DNA of 64,000 nucleotides from Candidatus Poriferihabitaceae bacterium (GTDB lineage: Bacteria; Pseudomonadota; Gammaproteobacteria; Arenicellales; Poriferihabitantaceae): positions 580,236 to 644,235 of the forward strand of contig CBDBQH010000001.1 in the NCBI GenBank assembly GCA_965208975.1, written 5' to 3'. The notes under the pieces are model-generated. The model had not been told where the DNA came from, did not search any database, and saw only the letters and a program-made list of their open reading frames with translations. The translations under genes were made by a program, and so were the position numbers. The number at the start of each line of letters is the position of its first letter. The stretch's first letter is position 1. Of this stretch, positions 41,482-51,262 are shown in pieces.

Positions 41482-42780
41482 CTAATCTCGCCGGTATGCA
41501 GTCTCTCCCAGTATTCTGGTCTCCCTGACAGCGCGGTCGTCGCCGAGCATCTGCAGCACGAACAGGCGTTCCATCAGGTTGCGGCAACTTTGGATACGCC
41601 GGTCGATCAGCGGTGTGGCACGGTAGTCAAGCACGATGAAATCAGCTTCCTTTCCGCGCTCGAAATTGCCGATGTACGGGTGAAGATTCAGCATCCGCGC
41701 GCCTCCCAGGGTGGCCAGGTAAAGCGACTGGAAGGGGGACAGATTGTAATTCTGAAGTTGCTGTACTTTATAGGCTTCGTTGATCACCCGCAGCAGGGAG
41801 AAACTGTCCCCGCCGCCGACATCCGTACCGAGCCCGGTATGGACGCGGTGTTCGAGGGCTGTGCGATAGTCGAACAGCCCGCTACCGATGAACAGGTTCG
41901 ACAGCGGGCAGTGGGCGATGCCGGAGCCCGCATCGGCGAGCCGTTGCCATTCACCATTGTGCAGATGGATGCCGTGGGCGAAAACCGAATGCCGGCCGAG
42001 TAGCCCATGCCGGTCATAGACATCCAGGTAGCCGGACGCCTCAGGAAATAACTCCGACACCCAGCGGCATTCATCGGTGTTTTCCGCAAGATGGGTATGC
42101 AGGTGCACCCCGGGATGTTCGGCGAGCAACCGACCCGCCATGTCGAGTTGTCGCGGACTGGAGGTGACTGCGAAACGGGGGGTCACGGCATACCCCAGCC
42201 GGTCCACGTTGTGCCAGCGTTCGATCAACAACTTGCTGTCGCGATATCCCGTCTCTGCCGTATCACAGAGATACTCCGGAGCATGACGGTCCATCATGAC
42301 CTTGCCGCAGATCATGCGCAGGTTGCGCCGCTGGGCCTCCGTGAAGAAAGCCTCAACGGATTGTGGATGCACGGTGCCGAAAACCAGGGCAGTCGTGGTG
42401 CCGTTGCACAGCAGCTGATCGAGGAAGAACGAGGCGGTGTTGCTTGCATGGATGATGTCTCCGAACTTCCGCTCCGCCGGAAAGGTATGGGTTTTCAGCC
42501 AATCCAGCAGCCGGGCGCCGTAAGCTGCGATGACATCGCATTGGGGGTAGTGGATATGGGTATCCACAAATCCCGGTATCAGCAAGGCATGCCGGTGGCG
42601 CTGGATGGTTACGTCCGGGGGGATTTTCTCCCGCAGGCTGTCGAAAGATCCCGCCTCCAACACAAGTCCGTCCTTGACCAGCAACAGGCCATCGGGAAAA
42701 TGGACGATCGCCTTCTGTCCGGCCATGTCGGGATTTTCGAGAAAGTGCAGGATTTCTCCGCGATGGGCGGTGACCGTCAT
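41482..42780 (-). CDS. guaD: Guanine deaminase
   Basis: PGFVDTHIHYPQ, HLAENTDE and GTDVGGG amidohydrolase motifs. The start is set at ATG 42780 (MTVTAHRGEILHF), which removes the overlap with the upstream gene. Confidence 0.9.
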   Translation of the reverse strand: MTVTAHRGEILHFLENPDMAGQKAIVHFPDGLLLVKDGLVLEAGSFDSLREKIPPDVTIQRHRHALLIPGFVDTHIHYPQCDVIAAYGARLLDWLKTHTFPAERKFGDIIHASNTASFFLDQLLCNGTTTALVFGTVHPQSVEAFFTEAQRRNLRMICGKVMMDRHAPEYLCDTAETGYRDSKLLIERWHNVDRLGYAVTPRFAVTSSPRQLDMAGRLLAEHPGVHLHTHLAENTDECRWVSELFPEASGYLDVYDRHGLLGRHSVFAHGIHLHNGEWQRLADAGSGIAHCPLSNLFIGSGLFDYRTALEHRVHTGLGTDVGGGDSFSLLRVINEAYKVQQLQNYNLSPFQSLYLATLGGARMLNLHPYIGNFERGKEADFIVLDYRATPLIDRRIQSCRNLMERLFVLQMLGDDRAVRETRILGETAYRRD

Positions 42781-42796
42781 GGCAGTATTACAGCGC

Positions 42797-43630
42797 CTAC
42801 TCTTTATCCAAAGCCTCCAGAAATTTCTCTTTTTCATTCGGGTGCATGGAAATACCGGTTTCGGCATAAGGAAATTTCTTCTTCGTGACTTCGCTGTGAA
42901 ATTCGCTCAACGCAGCCACTCGTTCCTCATACATTTGCTTGTGAAGTCGAGCCAGATTGCCAAAAGCGTGGGCATGTTTCGGGGGCTTTTCTTCTTCGCT
43001 GTCTTCACCGCAAATATCCGATACAAAAGACATAATCACATCACCGGCCATGCCCGAACCGAGCGAGAAAGTCACAATGGATGTCTTGTCGTTCATCGCT
43101 TCCAGCGCTTCTTCAGCGATACATTCGGCCTCAACCGCGAACACACCCACATCTTCCATTCGCTTCAGTGTGCGATAAATTTCCATCGCTTCGTCCGCAT
43201 TGCGACCCCAGCCGCGCAACCCCCCGCACCAATGACTGAAGGTTGGAATCAAACCGATATGGCTTTGAACCGGAATACCCTCTTTCGACAACATTTCCAT
43301 GACTTCGAAGGAGCGTAACGTGTAATACATATCACCACCCTTACGCATCATGTCGAAAGCATGATCGAGAATCTTTTTGGGGTCTCCAAATTGCGACCAG
43401 GTACTACCGACCCCCATGAAGTGGTGCGGCGCGATTTCCCGGCATTCTTCGATCTGGCTGTCCCAGACCACCATCAGGTCAATGCCGGCGTCCATACAGG
43501 CTTTCAGTTCGACACCATCTTTGGGATTGCTCATGCTGAGCTTTTTATCGGAACCTTTTAGTGACTGCAAATCGGCGACGGTGTAGTTTCGCGCAGACGG
43601 GCTGCGACTGAAGTCATAAATTCTTTTCAT
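42797..43630 (-). CDS. PanB-like (ketopantoate hydroxymethyltransferase family) protein, divergent
   Basis: Collinear with the PanB pattern: LMVVWDS (cf. LVGDS), GIPVQSHIGLIPT (cf. GIPVxGHxGLTPQ), AVEAECI (cf. LVLECVP), SLGSGMAGDV (cf. IGIGAGxxCDGQ). Several catalytic-region positions differ. Confidence 0.6.
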   Translation of the reverse strand: MKRIYDFSRSPSARNYTVADLQSLKGSDKKLSMSNPKDGVELKACMDAGIDLMVVWDSQIEECREIAPHHFMGVGSTWSQFGDPKKILDHAFDMMRKGGDMYYTLRSFEVMEMLSKEGIPVQSHIGLIPTFSHWCGGLRGWGRNADEAMEIYRTLKRMEDVGVFAVEAECIAEEALEAMNDKTSIVTFSLGSGMAGDVIMSFVSDICGEDSEEEKPPKHAHAFGNLARLHKQMYEERVAALSEFHSEVTKKKFPYAETGISMHPNEKEKFLEALDKE

Positions 43631-43709
43631 GATTGCTCTCCCCGGTTTTTGTATTCGAGTAATTTACATCATTCCTGGAAGAACGGAAATAATGAAATGG
43701 TCGAATTGA

Positions 43710-45272
43710 TCAAGCGTTAAACTCTTCATTCGCCTGCATATCTGATTGCGGTAACCGGATATCAAATTTTTCGCGCAAGCTTCGGTCCAGTTCTCCGGTT
43801 AAATGGCCGGGGTAATGCCGCTGCAAAATCTGCCGGGTTCGATCGACGGCAACACTTCGAAAATCCCGGCTTCCATCGGCTGCCCATTCATCAATTGTTC
43901 GGCGGTCACCGAGCTCAGGATAGACGAAATCACTCTGCATACGTTCGAGAGTTTCGGTTCTGCCGAGGAAATGCCCTTCGCCACGAGCGACTTCATGGAT
44001 GGCCTGCAATGCGAGGGTTTCATCATTCACTTCGATTCCAGCTAAAGACTTCATGATCACTCCGAGCATGTCGTTATCGATCACATAACTTTCCAGCGCA
44101 CAGCCCATCAGACTGGCCTGCATCCCGCTGGCCTGGGTGATCAGGTTACTACCGGCCTGTGCCGCCAGTGTCACTGTCAGACTTTTTTCGTAGCCACTTT
44201 GCGCATCGGCAATCTTGCTGTCGGTGGCGCCGGCGATCACAGAATTCGGCAACCGATAATAGTTCGCCATCTGCACACTGGAGGCCGTTGCTATGGCGCC
44301 CTCGGCGCTGCCGCCACTCATTGCGCCAGTACGAAGATCGGTCAACATCGGTCGGGCGCCCAGAATCACTTTGGCTGTCGGATTCAGCGCCCAGGCGAAA
44401 ATCATCCCTGCAAGCGTTTCGGCAATGGTTTGAGCGATGGACCCGGCCAGTGTTACCGGACTCGAGGCGCCCATCTGACCGAAGGTATTGGCATGCAACG
44501 GGATTCCGAAGCGTACTGCCTCGGCAGCTATTTCACAGGATTGGGCATCAAACCGCAGCGGTGGTACTGACATATTGCAATTCAGGGATAAAAAGGGGCG
44601 CGCCAGAAAAGCCTCTCGGGACCCGGCTATCGCATAACACAGGTTAGCGATATCTTCGATATGGGCGGCTTCTGTCGCCGCAACGAAAACATGCTTCTCC
44701 GTCCCTGCCAGACAGACATAGGCGGTATTAATATCCAGCGAGCGGGTATCGGGCATATCCCGGGCGACCATCGAACGACTGAAAAAATGGATGTTATCGA
44801 GAGAATCAACCAGTCGCGCCGCATCGTAGAGATCACGTAACGTAGATTCGCGATAAACCCCGCTATCCAGATCCAGGATAAGCGGCGCCGCGCCACCGGA
44901 ACCGGCATGGACTTTAGCCACATCGAGTTGCATATCATGTTTCGGATTTTGACCACAGAGCGCAAAATTGCGTGGCAAATCATTTAACGCATTTTCGATC
45001 AATTCCAGCGAGAAGCGCAGGCGACCTTCATCATCGAGGCGCCCGCCGGCAGCAGTAACAGGGGCGATAACCATATCAGGGGCTTCCGCCATACCAACAT
45101 CTGACAGAATTGTGCGTACCGCTTTATCGATCTTCGGCAAATCTTCAGAATCCAGAGGTTGATATCGTCCACCGATTGAACCGCTCATTGGCGGGCTCGC
45201 AGATTGCCCCGGATTGGCATCGGCATTGCGATGTCGGCGCCGCCCCTTACTGCGCTTTTCAGAATCTGGCAT
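43710..45272 (-). CDS. MttB-superfamily (trimethylamine methyltransferase-like, non-pyrrolysine) protein
   Basis: 520 aa with no in-frame TAG. The overall pattern (LPRNFALCG, HAGSGGAAP, NMSVPPLRFD, SGMQASLM...LESYVIDNDMLG) is what I associate with COG5598/MttB family members. Confidence 0.72.
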   Translation of the reverse strand: MPDSEKRSKGRRRHRNADANPGQSASPPMSGSIGGRYQPLDSEDLPKIDKAVRTILSDVGMAEAPDMVIAPVTAAGGRLDDEGRLRFSLELIENALNDLPRNFALCGQNPKHDMQLDVAKVHAGSGGAAPLILDLDSGVYRESTLRDLYDAARLVDSLDNIHFFSRSMVARDMPDTRSLDINTAYVCLAGTEKHVFVAATEAAHIEDIANLCYAIAGSREAFLARPFLSLNCNMSVPPLRFDAQSCEIAAEAVRFGIPLHANTFGQMGASSPVTLAGSIAQTIAETLAGMIFAWALNPTAKVILGARPMLTDLRTGAMSGGSAEGAIATASSVQMANYYRLPNSVIAGATDSKIADAQSGYEKSLTVTLAAQAGSNLITQASGMQASLMGCALESYVIDNDMLGVIMKSLAGIEVNDETLALQAIHEVARGEGHFLGRTETLERMQSDFVYPELGDRRTIDEWAADGSRDFRSVAVDRTRQILQRHYPGHLTGELDRSLREKFDIRLPQSDMQANEEFNA

Positions 45273-45340
45273 GGTTTCTAATCTCCGAAAGGATCAGGTT
45301 GCGAAGGTTGGTAGACAACCAGACTGATATCGTGCGCGAA

Positions 45341-48007
45341 CTACATCAGCACATAATCAGACAAATCCCGGTTCTCTGCCACTTCATCATGAGGAATCAA
45401 TACATAGCGCCAGAGTTTTCCGCCATTGTTCTGCAAATGCTGACTCGCATTCTTGCACCACTCTATCGCCGCCTCGGCCTTGGCCCGTACAATAGTATCT
45501 TCCATATCTGAACGCGCCTTGGTCTCTACCATCAGTACATAATCGTCCAATTCAGCAACAAAGTCCGGCTGATATTCCCGGCGTTCCACACCATCCTGAT
45601 AAACAATCTGAAATTGCCCAATAACCGGCTTGAACCACTTGAATGAATCCCGCTCCAGAATAATAGAGAAACGGCGCTCGGTGTCGGAATCAAATTTTTG
45701 CAGGGGGTACAGGCATTTTTCAAAGCCGTTAAAAAGCATCTGCCTGATTTTGCCTGGTTCAGTCACGGTGTCCCGGTAGTGATGAACGGGTTTGTTTGCC
45801 GCCTTAGTCCAAGTCGCCTCTTTTAATGGCGTAAATCCGGCCCGAACCTGCACTTTATATCCTGTTGCCTTTTCCCAATAATGTTCGGTCATTTGTGCGT
45901 GAATGTTGTCCGCCAGGAGCTTCCCATAGCCGAAAAAAACGTTGTGTAGTTCATTTACCGAATACTCTTTCACATCACAAAAATACGCAACTGCTTGCCC
46001 GGCCAGATCATAAATCAAATCCGCATGTTCGTCATAGGCGATGTCATCCTTGTCTACCAGATGCTCAACAATGTAGTCTTCCAGTCTCGTATACTTCCTT
46101 TCCGGCTGGGAAGAAATAGAAATCTGCTGGTTGGTTTGCAGGCTTTGCGAGATCAACTCCCGATTAGAGGGCTGTAAATTGAGATGATCCATGTCCAGGG
46201 TGAACGGGTGGTAACCATAGCTGACTTCGCCCGTTGGCATCACCACGATACGGGGGATATCAATGGTCTGCTCAACCATCCATTCCGTCACCCTGGCTAC
46301 TACCGCCGCTATATCCGTTTTCTCTACCTCAGCGAACAGAGATTGCTGCTCCCTGGTCAGTTGCTTTGACACTTCTTTAGCGATAGTCGCCTGCAATTCA
46401 GGGGACAACAGATTTTTGGAGGTCGGCGCCTGTGCCGGTTTGTGTTGATAGCGCTGGATTACCTCCCATGTGGTTTCTGCCACCTGTTGTTCCCGCTCAC
46501 TGTTGAACATCAGATTTTCACCTTTGGCAGAGTATTCGCCTGATGGCGTTCCACCACCTAAAGCAGTTTCAAGACGGGATTTCACCGATACTGATTCTTT
46601 GGGAGCATCATCGCCCTCACCCTCCAGAATTAATTGCTTCAAGCGCAATGGGTTTTCAGGGTTGTTGGCTTCATCGACGATTTCCTGAAAGCGTTCATGC
46701 GCGACAATACTCAGCCGGTCTACCGCGTCCACGCCAGTACGTTTGCCATAGGGCAGACGCAAACCACGACCGATGGATTGCTCAATCAATGTACGGGCGT
46801 TGGCCGCTCGTAGCGGCACAATGGTGTACAGGTTGGTGACATCCCAGCCTTCCTTGAGCATATTTACATGGATCACAATCTCGGTGGGTTCATCAAAACT
46901 TTCCACTGCTAACAAACGGGTAACCATTTGTTCTTCCGCCGAGCCTCTGCGACTACTGTCTACCTGGATAACCTTGCCGTTATAGCGACTGTTGAATAAT
47001 TGGTTTTCGAGTAAATCCAGTAGTTGCGCCGCGTGTGCGGTATCGCGGGCGATCACCAGCATGAAGGGTTTAACTGGCGCCAAGCCCTGCTGTTTCGCGT
47101 ATGTATGCAATTCCACTTTGGCGCTTTCATGCAGACGAATACCATCTTCCAGCTTGATTCGCTCCAGTTGTTCAGCGCTGTATTGTCTGGCATTAAAGTT
47201 ACGTTGTGTAACCACGGCGGGTTCTTTGACAAAACCATCATCCATAGCGCGAGCCAGAGGGTAATCCACCACCACATTTTTGAATGGCACAGGCCCCCGA
47301 CTGGATTCGGTAAAAGGCGTCGCGGTCAGTTCCAATCCCATCAACGGATTCAGTTCGTTCAGAGAACGCACACCGGCGCTGGCGCGGTAGCGATGGGATT
47401 CATCCATCAACATCACCAGATCGGGCAGGTTGGCCAGGTAATTGAAATAACTGTCGCCGATAGTTTCCCGTAGCCGTTTGATACGAGGCGCTCTACCGCC
47501 GCGCATCTCGGAATTGATTTTGGAAATATTGAAAATATTGATGGAAACCGGCCACAAGGGATCGCCGCCGCCTGCACTTTCATAATTATCTGCGGTCACT
47601 ATTTGCGGAGGATAAGAGGCAAATTCGGCAATCCCCTTAAATACATACTTTGGGGTATTGGGGGTGAAGTCGGCAATCAATTTATCGTAAATGGTCAGAT
47701 TGGGCGCCAGCACAAAAAAGTTCTCTATCCCATACGTCAAATGCAGGTAGCTGATAAAAGCCCCCATGAGGCGGGTTTTGCCGACCCCTGTTGCCAGAGC
47801 AAAACAGAGCGAGGGGAAATCCCGTTCAAAATCCGTCAGAGCGGGAAATTCCGATGAAAGTGTCTTTAGCAAAGCATCGACATTCCGTTTCGGGCGCAGC
47901 ATATCGGGCGCGGCATCCAGGGCAGTGGCTAACGTCCGTAACGACTCTTCTTGCGGCGAGCGTAAACTTAACCGCCCGGTGATGGAATTGATGATTCTGT
48001 TATCCAT
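45341..48007 (-). CDS. res: Type III restriction enzyme, Res subunit (SF2 helicase + PD-(D/E)xK nuclease)
   Basis: Walker A ATGVGKT, DEAH-box variant MLMDESHRY, helicase motif VI QSIGRGLRL, and a C-terminal nuclease motif YQPDFVAE...LMVETKA. Confidence 0.9.
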   Translation of the reverse strand: MDNRIINSITGRLSLRSPQEESLRTLATALDAAPDMLRPKRNVDALLKTLSSEFPALTDFERDFPSLCFALATGVGKTRLMGAFISYLHLTYGIENFFVLAPNLTIYDKLIADFTPNTPKYVFKGIAEFASYPPQIVTADNYESAGGGDPLWPVSINIFNISKINSEMRGGRAPRIKRLRETIGDSYFNYLANLPDLVMLMDESHRYRASAGVRSLNELNPLMGLELTATPFTESSRGPVPFKNVVVDYPLARAMDDGFVKEPAVVTQRNFNARQYSAEQLERIKLEDGIRLHESAKVELHTYAKQQGLAPVKPFMLVIARDTAHAAQLLDLLENQLFNSRYNGKVIQVDSSRRGSAEEQMVTRLLAVESFDEPTEIVIHVNMLKEGWDVTNLYTIVPLRAANARTLIEQSIGRGLRLPYGKRTGVDAVDRLSIVAHERFQEIVDEANNPENPLRLKQLILEGEGDDAPKESVSVKSRLETALGGGTPSGEYSAKGENLMFNSEREQQVAETTWEVIQRYQHKPAQAPTSKNLLSPELQATIAKEVSKQLTREQQSLFAEVEKTDIAAVVARVTEWMVEQTIDIPRIVVMPTGEVSYGYHPFTLDMDHLNLQPSNRELISQSLQTNQQISISSQPERKYTRLEDYIVEHLVDKDDIAYDEHADLIYDLAGQAVAYFCDVKEYSVNELHNVFFGYGKLLADNIHAQMTEHYWEKATGYKVQVRAGFTPLKEATWTKAANKPVHHYRDTVTEPGKIRQMLFNGFEKCLYPLQKFDSDTERRFSIILERDSFKWFKPVIGQFQIVYQDGVERREYQPDFVAELDDYVLMVETKARSDMEDTIVRAKAEAAIEWCKNASQHLQNNGGKLWRYVLIPHDEVAENRDLSDYVLM

Positions 48008-49629
48008 TATTGGGCGCTTTCGTCACCGAATAGTTCTTTGCGTTCTGGCTCTTTTCCAAGTTGTGGCAGGTTGTCTACATTGAGACTGTAATCATTGTGT
48101 CCCCATTCACAACGGCTCAACACCATTTTCGGGATTTTCTTGATGGTCAGATTGGAAAACCGGTCAGCCCTGCAACGGAAAGCGCCGCAACATATCAAAA
48201 GCGTTCGGTCTTCACCCACTTCATCCGATAAAATCTGCAACTGCGCCAGCGACAAGGTTTGCGTAGTGACATAAATAAAATCGGTTTCGGTGGAATAGCC
48301 CTGCTGCCAGAAAACCGTATCAGACGGCTGGTAGGCAAAGCCCTCCAATTTGCAGATCGCTTCGGCCAGCATTTCAGGATTGTATTCCTGGTTGACCACC
48401 CAGCGGCCCCAACGATCCTGTTGCAGTAATGATGGCGCCAGCTTGTAATACCGGAAACCTCCACCACCTTGCCAGTTTACCGCTTTGGAGATACTGCCTT
48501 GATCTTCGCCGTCAATCACTTTTTGAAGGCGGGGGATGATGTGGGTGTGGCAGTGGTCGCCAAGCTCGACCATAATCCAGCGACGGCCCATCTTGTGTGC
48601 GACTGCGCCGGTAGTGCCGGAACCGGCAAAAGAGTCAAGAACCAAGTCGCCGGAGTTGGTTGCCATGTGAATTATTCGTGAGAGTAGTTTTTCTGGCTTT
48701 GGCGTATCAAACACAGAATCCATATTAAGACCTTTTATCTCCTTTTTGGCATCCTGATTATGTCCTGCTTCTTCATGAGTCCATATCGTCATAGATGTGA
48801 TCCCGTCCTTCACTTCGCTCAAGAAGATTTTTATGCGTGGTACATTACCTCCCGACTTGCCAAACCAAATCCGATTATCCGCTGCAAGCTCGTTGAAACG
48901 CCCTTCAGAAGTTGACCAGCATCTACTTTTTGACGGACAAACAACCCGACCTGATGGGGTAGTAATAGGGTAATCATTTGTCTCTAGATAGGTTTTTACT
49001 GAAAAATCCCCGGACATCCAAGGTCCTCGTGGATCATTATCCGGATTTGAGTACCGGGCGTTAGCTCCATCGGTACGGGGCAATGAATTAGGGCGCCAAA
49101 TGCTCTTGATTTTTGCATAAATCAGAATATGGTCATGATTGTCACTTAACCATTTCGCATCATTTTGTGGTGAAAACTTTTTTTGCCAAACAGCGTTGGC
49201 TATGAAGTTATTTCGCCCGAAAACCTCGTCACAAAGAACCTTCAAGTAATGGGCTTCGTTATCATCAATGGTAATCCATAGAGAGCCATCATCTGATAGC
49301 AGGTTACGCAGGATTTCTAAACGGTCCCGCATCAACCCCAGCCAAATTGAATGCTCCAATCCATCTTCATAGTGTTCAAAAGCATTGCCGGTGTTATAAG
49401 GCGGATCAATAAACACGCATTTCACCTTGCCCGTATACTCCTGCTCCAATGCCTTGAGCGCCAGCAGGTTATCGCCAAAAATCAGTTTGTTATCAAAAAT
49501 ATCGTTATCCGTAACTCTGTGTCTGGCATGGTAGGACTTGCCCGGTTCTTCCAGCAAAATACGCGGCTCCAGTTTGGGGCGTTTGCCTTTGCCGATCCAG
49601 GTCAATTCGAGTCTGACTTTTTGTTTCAC
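48007..49629 (-). CDS. mod: Type III R-M DNA methyltransferase, Mod subunit (N6-adenine, beta class)
   Basis: Motif IV FIDPPYNTG precedes motif I VLDSFAGSGTTG (beta-class order). The N-terminal LELTWIGKGKRPKLEPRILLE is typical of Mod proteins. The stop overlaps the res start by 1 nt. Confidence 0.9.
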   Translation of the reverse strand: MKQKVRLELTWIGKGKRPKLEPRILLEEPGKSYHARHRVTDNDIFDNKLIFGDNLLALKALEQEYTGKVKCVFIDPPYNTGNAFEHYEDGLEHSIWLGLMRDRLEILRNLLSDDGSLWITIDDNEAHYLKVLCDEVFGRNNFIANAVWQKKFSPQNDAKWLSDNHDHILIYAKIKSIWRPNSLPRTDGANARYSNPDNDPRGPWMSGDFSVKTYLETNDYPITTPSGRVVCPSKSRCWSTSEGRFNELAADNRIWFGKSGGNVPRIKIFLSEVKDGITSMTIWTHEEAGHNQDAKKEIKGLNMDSVFDTPKPEKLLSRIIHMATNSGDLVLDSFAGSGTTGAVAHKMGRRWIMVELGDHCHTHIIPRLQKVIDGEDQGSISKAVNWQGGGGFRYYKLAPSLLQQDRWGRWVVNQEYNPEMLAEAICKLEGFAYQPSDTVFWQQGYSTETDFIYVTTQTLSLAQLQILSDEVGEDRTLLICCGAFRCRADRFSNLTIKKIPKMVLSRCEWGHNDYSLNVDNLPQLGKEPERKELFGDESAQ

Positions 49630-49668
49630 CGTAAAAGTCGCCTTTCTATCTACTAGTTGTATATTCTT

Positions 49669-50454
49669 TCAATATCCGGTCCATGTTTCAGGCACTGTTA
49701 TATTGAACTGTGGGTGCAGCGAGCCTTCTATCGGCAGAACACGGTTTCCTGAACCCAAATATATGTCGTCCGGACTAAGTTCCCTGTACCAATCGTGCCC
49801 TACCGCACTGGCTAGAGTCAGAAACAGCCTCTTTGCCTTGATTGATCGACAGGCTTGCAATGTGCTTTGCATCAATCCCGGGCGCATGGTCGCCAGTCCT
49901 TCCATTAACTGCAAGGCTTCGTCAAAGTCAGCTTGTTTTGGCAACAACTGACAGTACTCCAGCATGGCTCTTTCAGGGCTACTGATCTTGATTGTTACAC
50001 CCTCTCTTTCCAGCGGGACCAGGCTTGTAAAAACCGGATCAAATAGCTTGCTGCTGTTTACTACAAAAAGGTTTTTGGAGAAATCAAGGTTTTTAAACCA
50101 GGCGGGAAGCTGCCGGTTTGATTCCAAGCTGACCTGAAGTATCGGGAATTCCCCGGACGGTATATAGTGTGCCCGGCCCAGCAGTTCCAGAGCTGTTCTG
50201 GCAGCCGGGTAAACATGGAGGGATATTCGCTGTAAAGCATATATTGCACCCGGCATAGTGGCTCTGGTTCCTGATCTTATCCATGCCCCTTTGCCCAGAG
50301 ATTCAACCCACCCTGTCTCTTTATACTTCTGCATCAATTGCGGGGAAGCGCCTTTCGATTCCAGCCAGGTACTGGTCATCGGTACGCCCGCTGGACAATC
50401 GGCTAGCAAGTCGTTGATTTTGGTTATATCGGACTTTGACTCAAAAGAACGCAT
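49669..50454 (-). CDS. AbiEi-family (type IV toxin-antitoxin antitoxin-like) wHTH regulator, no AbiEii partner
   Basis: The N-terminal STWLESKGASPQLMQKYKETGWVESLGKGAWIR matches the AbiEi wHTH pattern (S..L...G.s..l..Y...GWL..lg.G.Y). It is 261 aa and sits 39 nt upstream of mod on the same strand. Confidence 0.7.
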   Translation of the reverse strand: MRSFESKSDITKINDLLADCPAGVPMTSTWLESKGASPQLMQKYKETGWVESLGKGAWIRSGTRATMPGAIYALQRISLHVYPAARTALELLGRAHYIPSGEFPILQVSLESNRQLPAWFKNLDFSKNLFVVNSSKLFDPVFTSLVPLEREGVTIKISSPERAMLEYCQLLPKQADFDEALQLMEGLATMRPGLMQSTLQACRSIKAKRLFLTLASAVGHDWYRELSPDDIYLGSGNRVLPIEGSLHPQFNITVPETWTGY

Positions 50455-50495
50455 AATTCCTTTGTTTAACCTTTATTTTATGAAGATCGCTGTTA

Positions 50496-50548
50496 TTGTA
50501 AATGATATTAAAAATAAACAAATAGTTTACTTTTAATATCATTTACAA
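50496..50548. promoter_or_regulatory. Perfect 18-bp inverted repeat upstream of abiEi (candidate operator)
   Basis: TTGTAAATGATATTAAAA (50496-50513) and its exact reverse complement TTTTAATATCATTTACAA (50531-50548) are separated by 17 nt. The pair lies 42-94 nt upstream of the abiEi ATG (50454, minus strand) in a very AT-rich spacer. Confidence 0.5.
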
Positions 50549-50804
50549 ATTTTAGAGGTTATGAATATTGAATTCATACAACAAAATATATTTATTGTTT
50601 ATAAATAACATGATTCTTAAACTTCTCAAGCACATCTTTTTAGATTACTCGCCAGCAAATACTAAACAGTGGTTTTTCTTTAACCTCCTGTTTTAACGGG
50701 GGTGTAAATAAAACTGTGTAAGTTGTGTGCGAGGTCGCTGTATTTTCAGGTAGACGGGGGTATGGATAAAATCCATCCTGTTGTGACATAATCGGCGCCG
50801 AAGC

Positions 50805-50895
50805 GGAGAGATGTCTGAGTGGTCGAAAGAGCACGCCTGGAAAGTGTGTATACGTTCATAGCGTATCGAGGGTTCGAATCCCTCTCTCTCCGCCA
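50805..50895 (+). tRNA. tRNA-Ser (anticodon GGA), CCA encoded
   Basis: GGAGAGATGTCTGAGTGG..., anticodon stem-loop CACGC-CTGGAAA-GTGTG, a long variable arm, T-arm GGTTCGAATCC, and 3' end CTCTCTCCGCCA. Confidence 0.9.
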
Positions 50896-50923
50896 TTTGT
50901 AATTGTGATCAATCACCGGCAGG

Positions 50924-51259
50924 ATGAGCGAGACAATAATGCCTACTATAAATTTCAGATTGGCGGATGGCAGTGAACTGGTCGCCGAAGGTCGAACCGG
51001 AACCTCCGTGATGCTGCTCGCCAGACACCATGACCTTTCCGGTATTCTGGCCGAGTGCGGTGGTTCGTGTTGTTGTGCGACTTGCCACGTGCACATCGAC
51101 GCAAGCTGGATTGACCAGCTCGATACGATGGAAAATGACGAGCGCGATATGCTGGAATTCGCGGAAAATGTCGATGAATTCAGCCGTTTGAGTTGCCAGA
51201 TCAAGATTACTGACAAGATAGACGGCCTGATCGTCCATGTGCCTGAGTTCCAGTACTGA
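50924..51259 (+). CDS. [2Fe-2S] ferredoxin (adrenodoxin/putidaredoxin type)
   Basis: Cys cluster ECGGSCCCATCHV plus a distal SRLSCQI. It is about 105-111 aa, and the start may instead be the Met at 50939. Confidence 0.85.
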   Translation: MSETIMPTINFRLADGSELVAEGRTGTSVMLLARHHDLSGILAECGGSCCCATCHVHIDASWIDQLDTMENDERDMLEFAENVDEFSRLSCQIKITDKIDGLIVHVPEFQY

Positions 51260-51262
51260 AAA

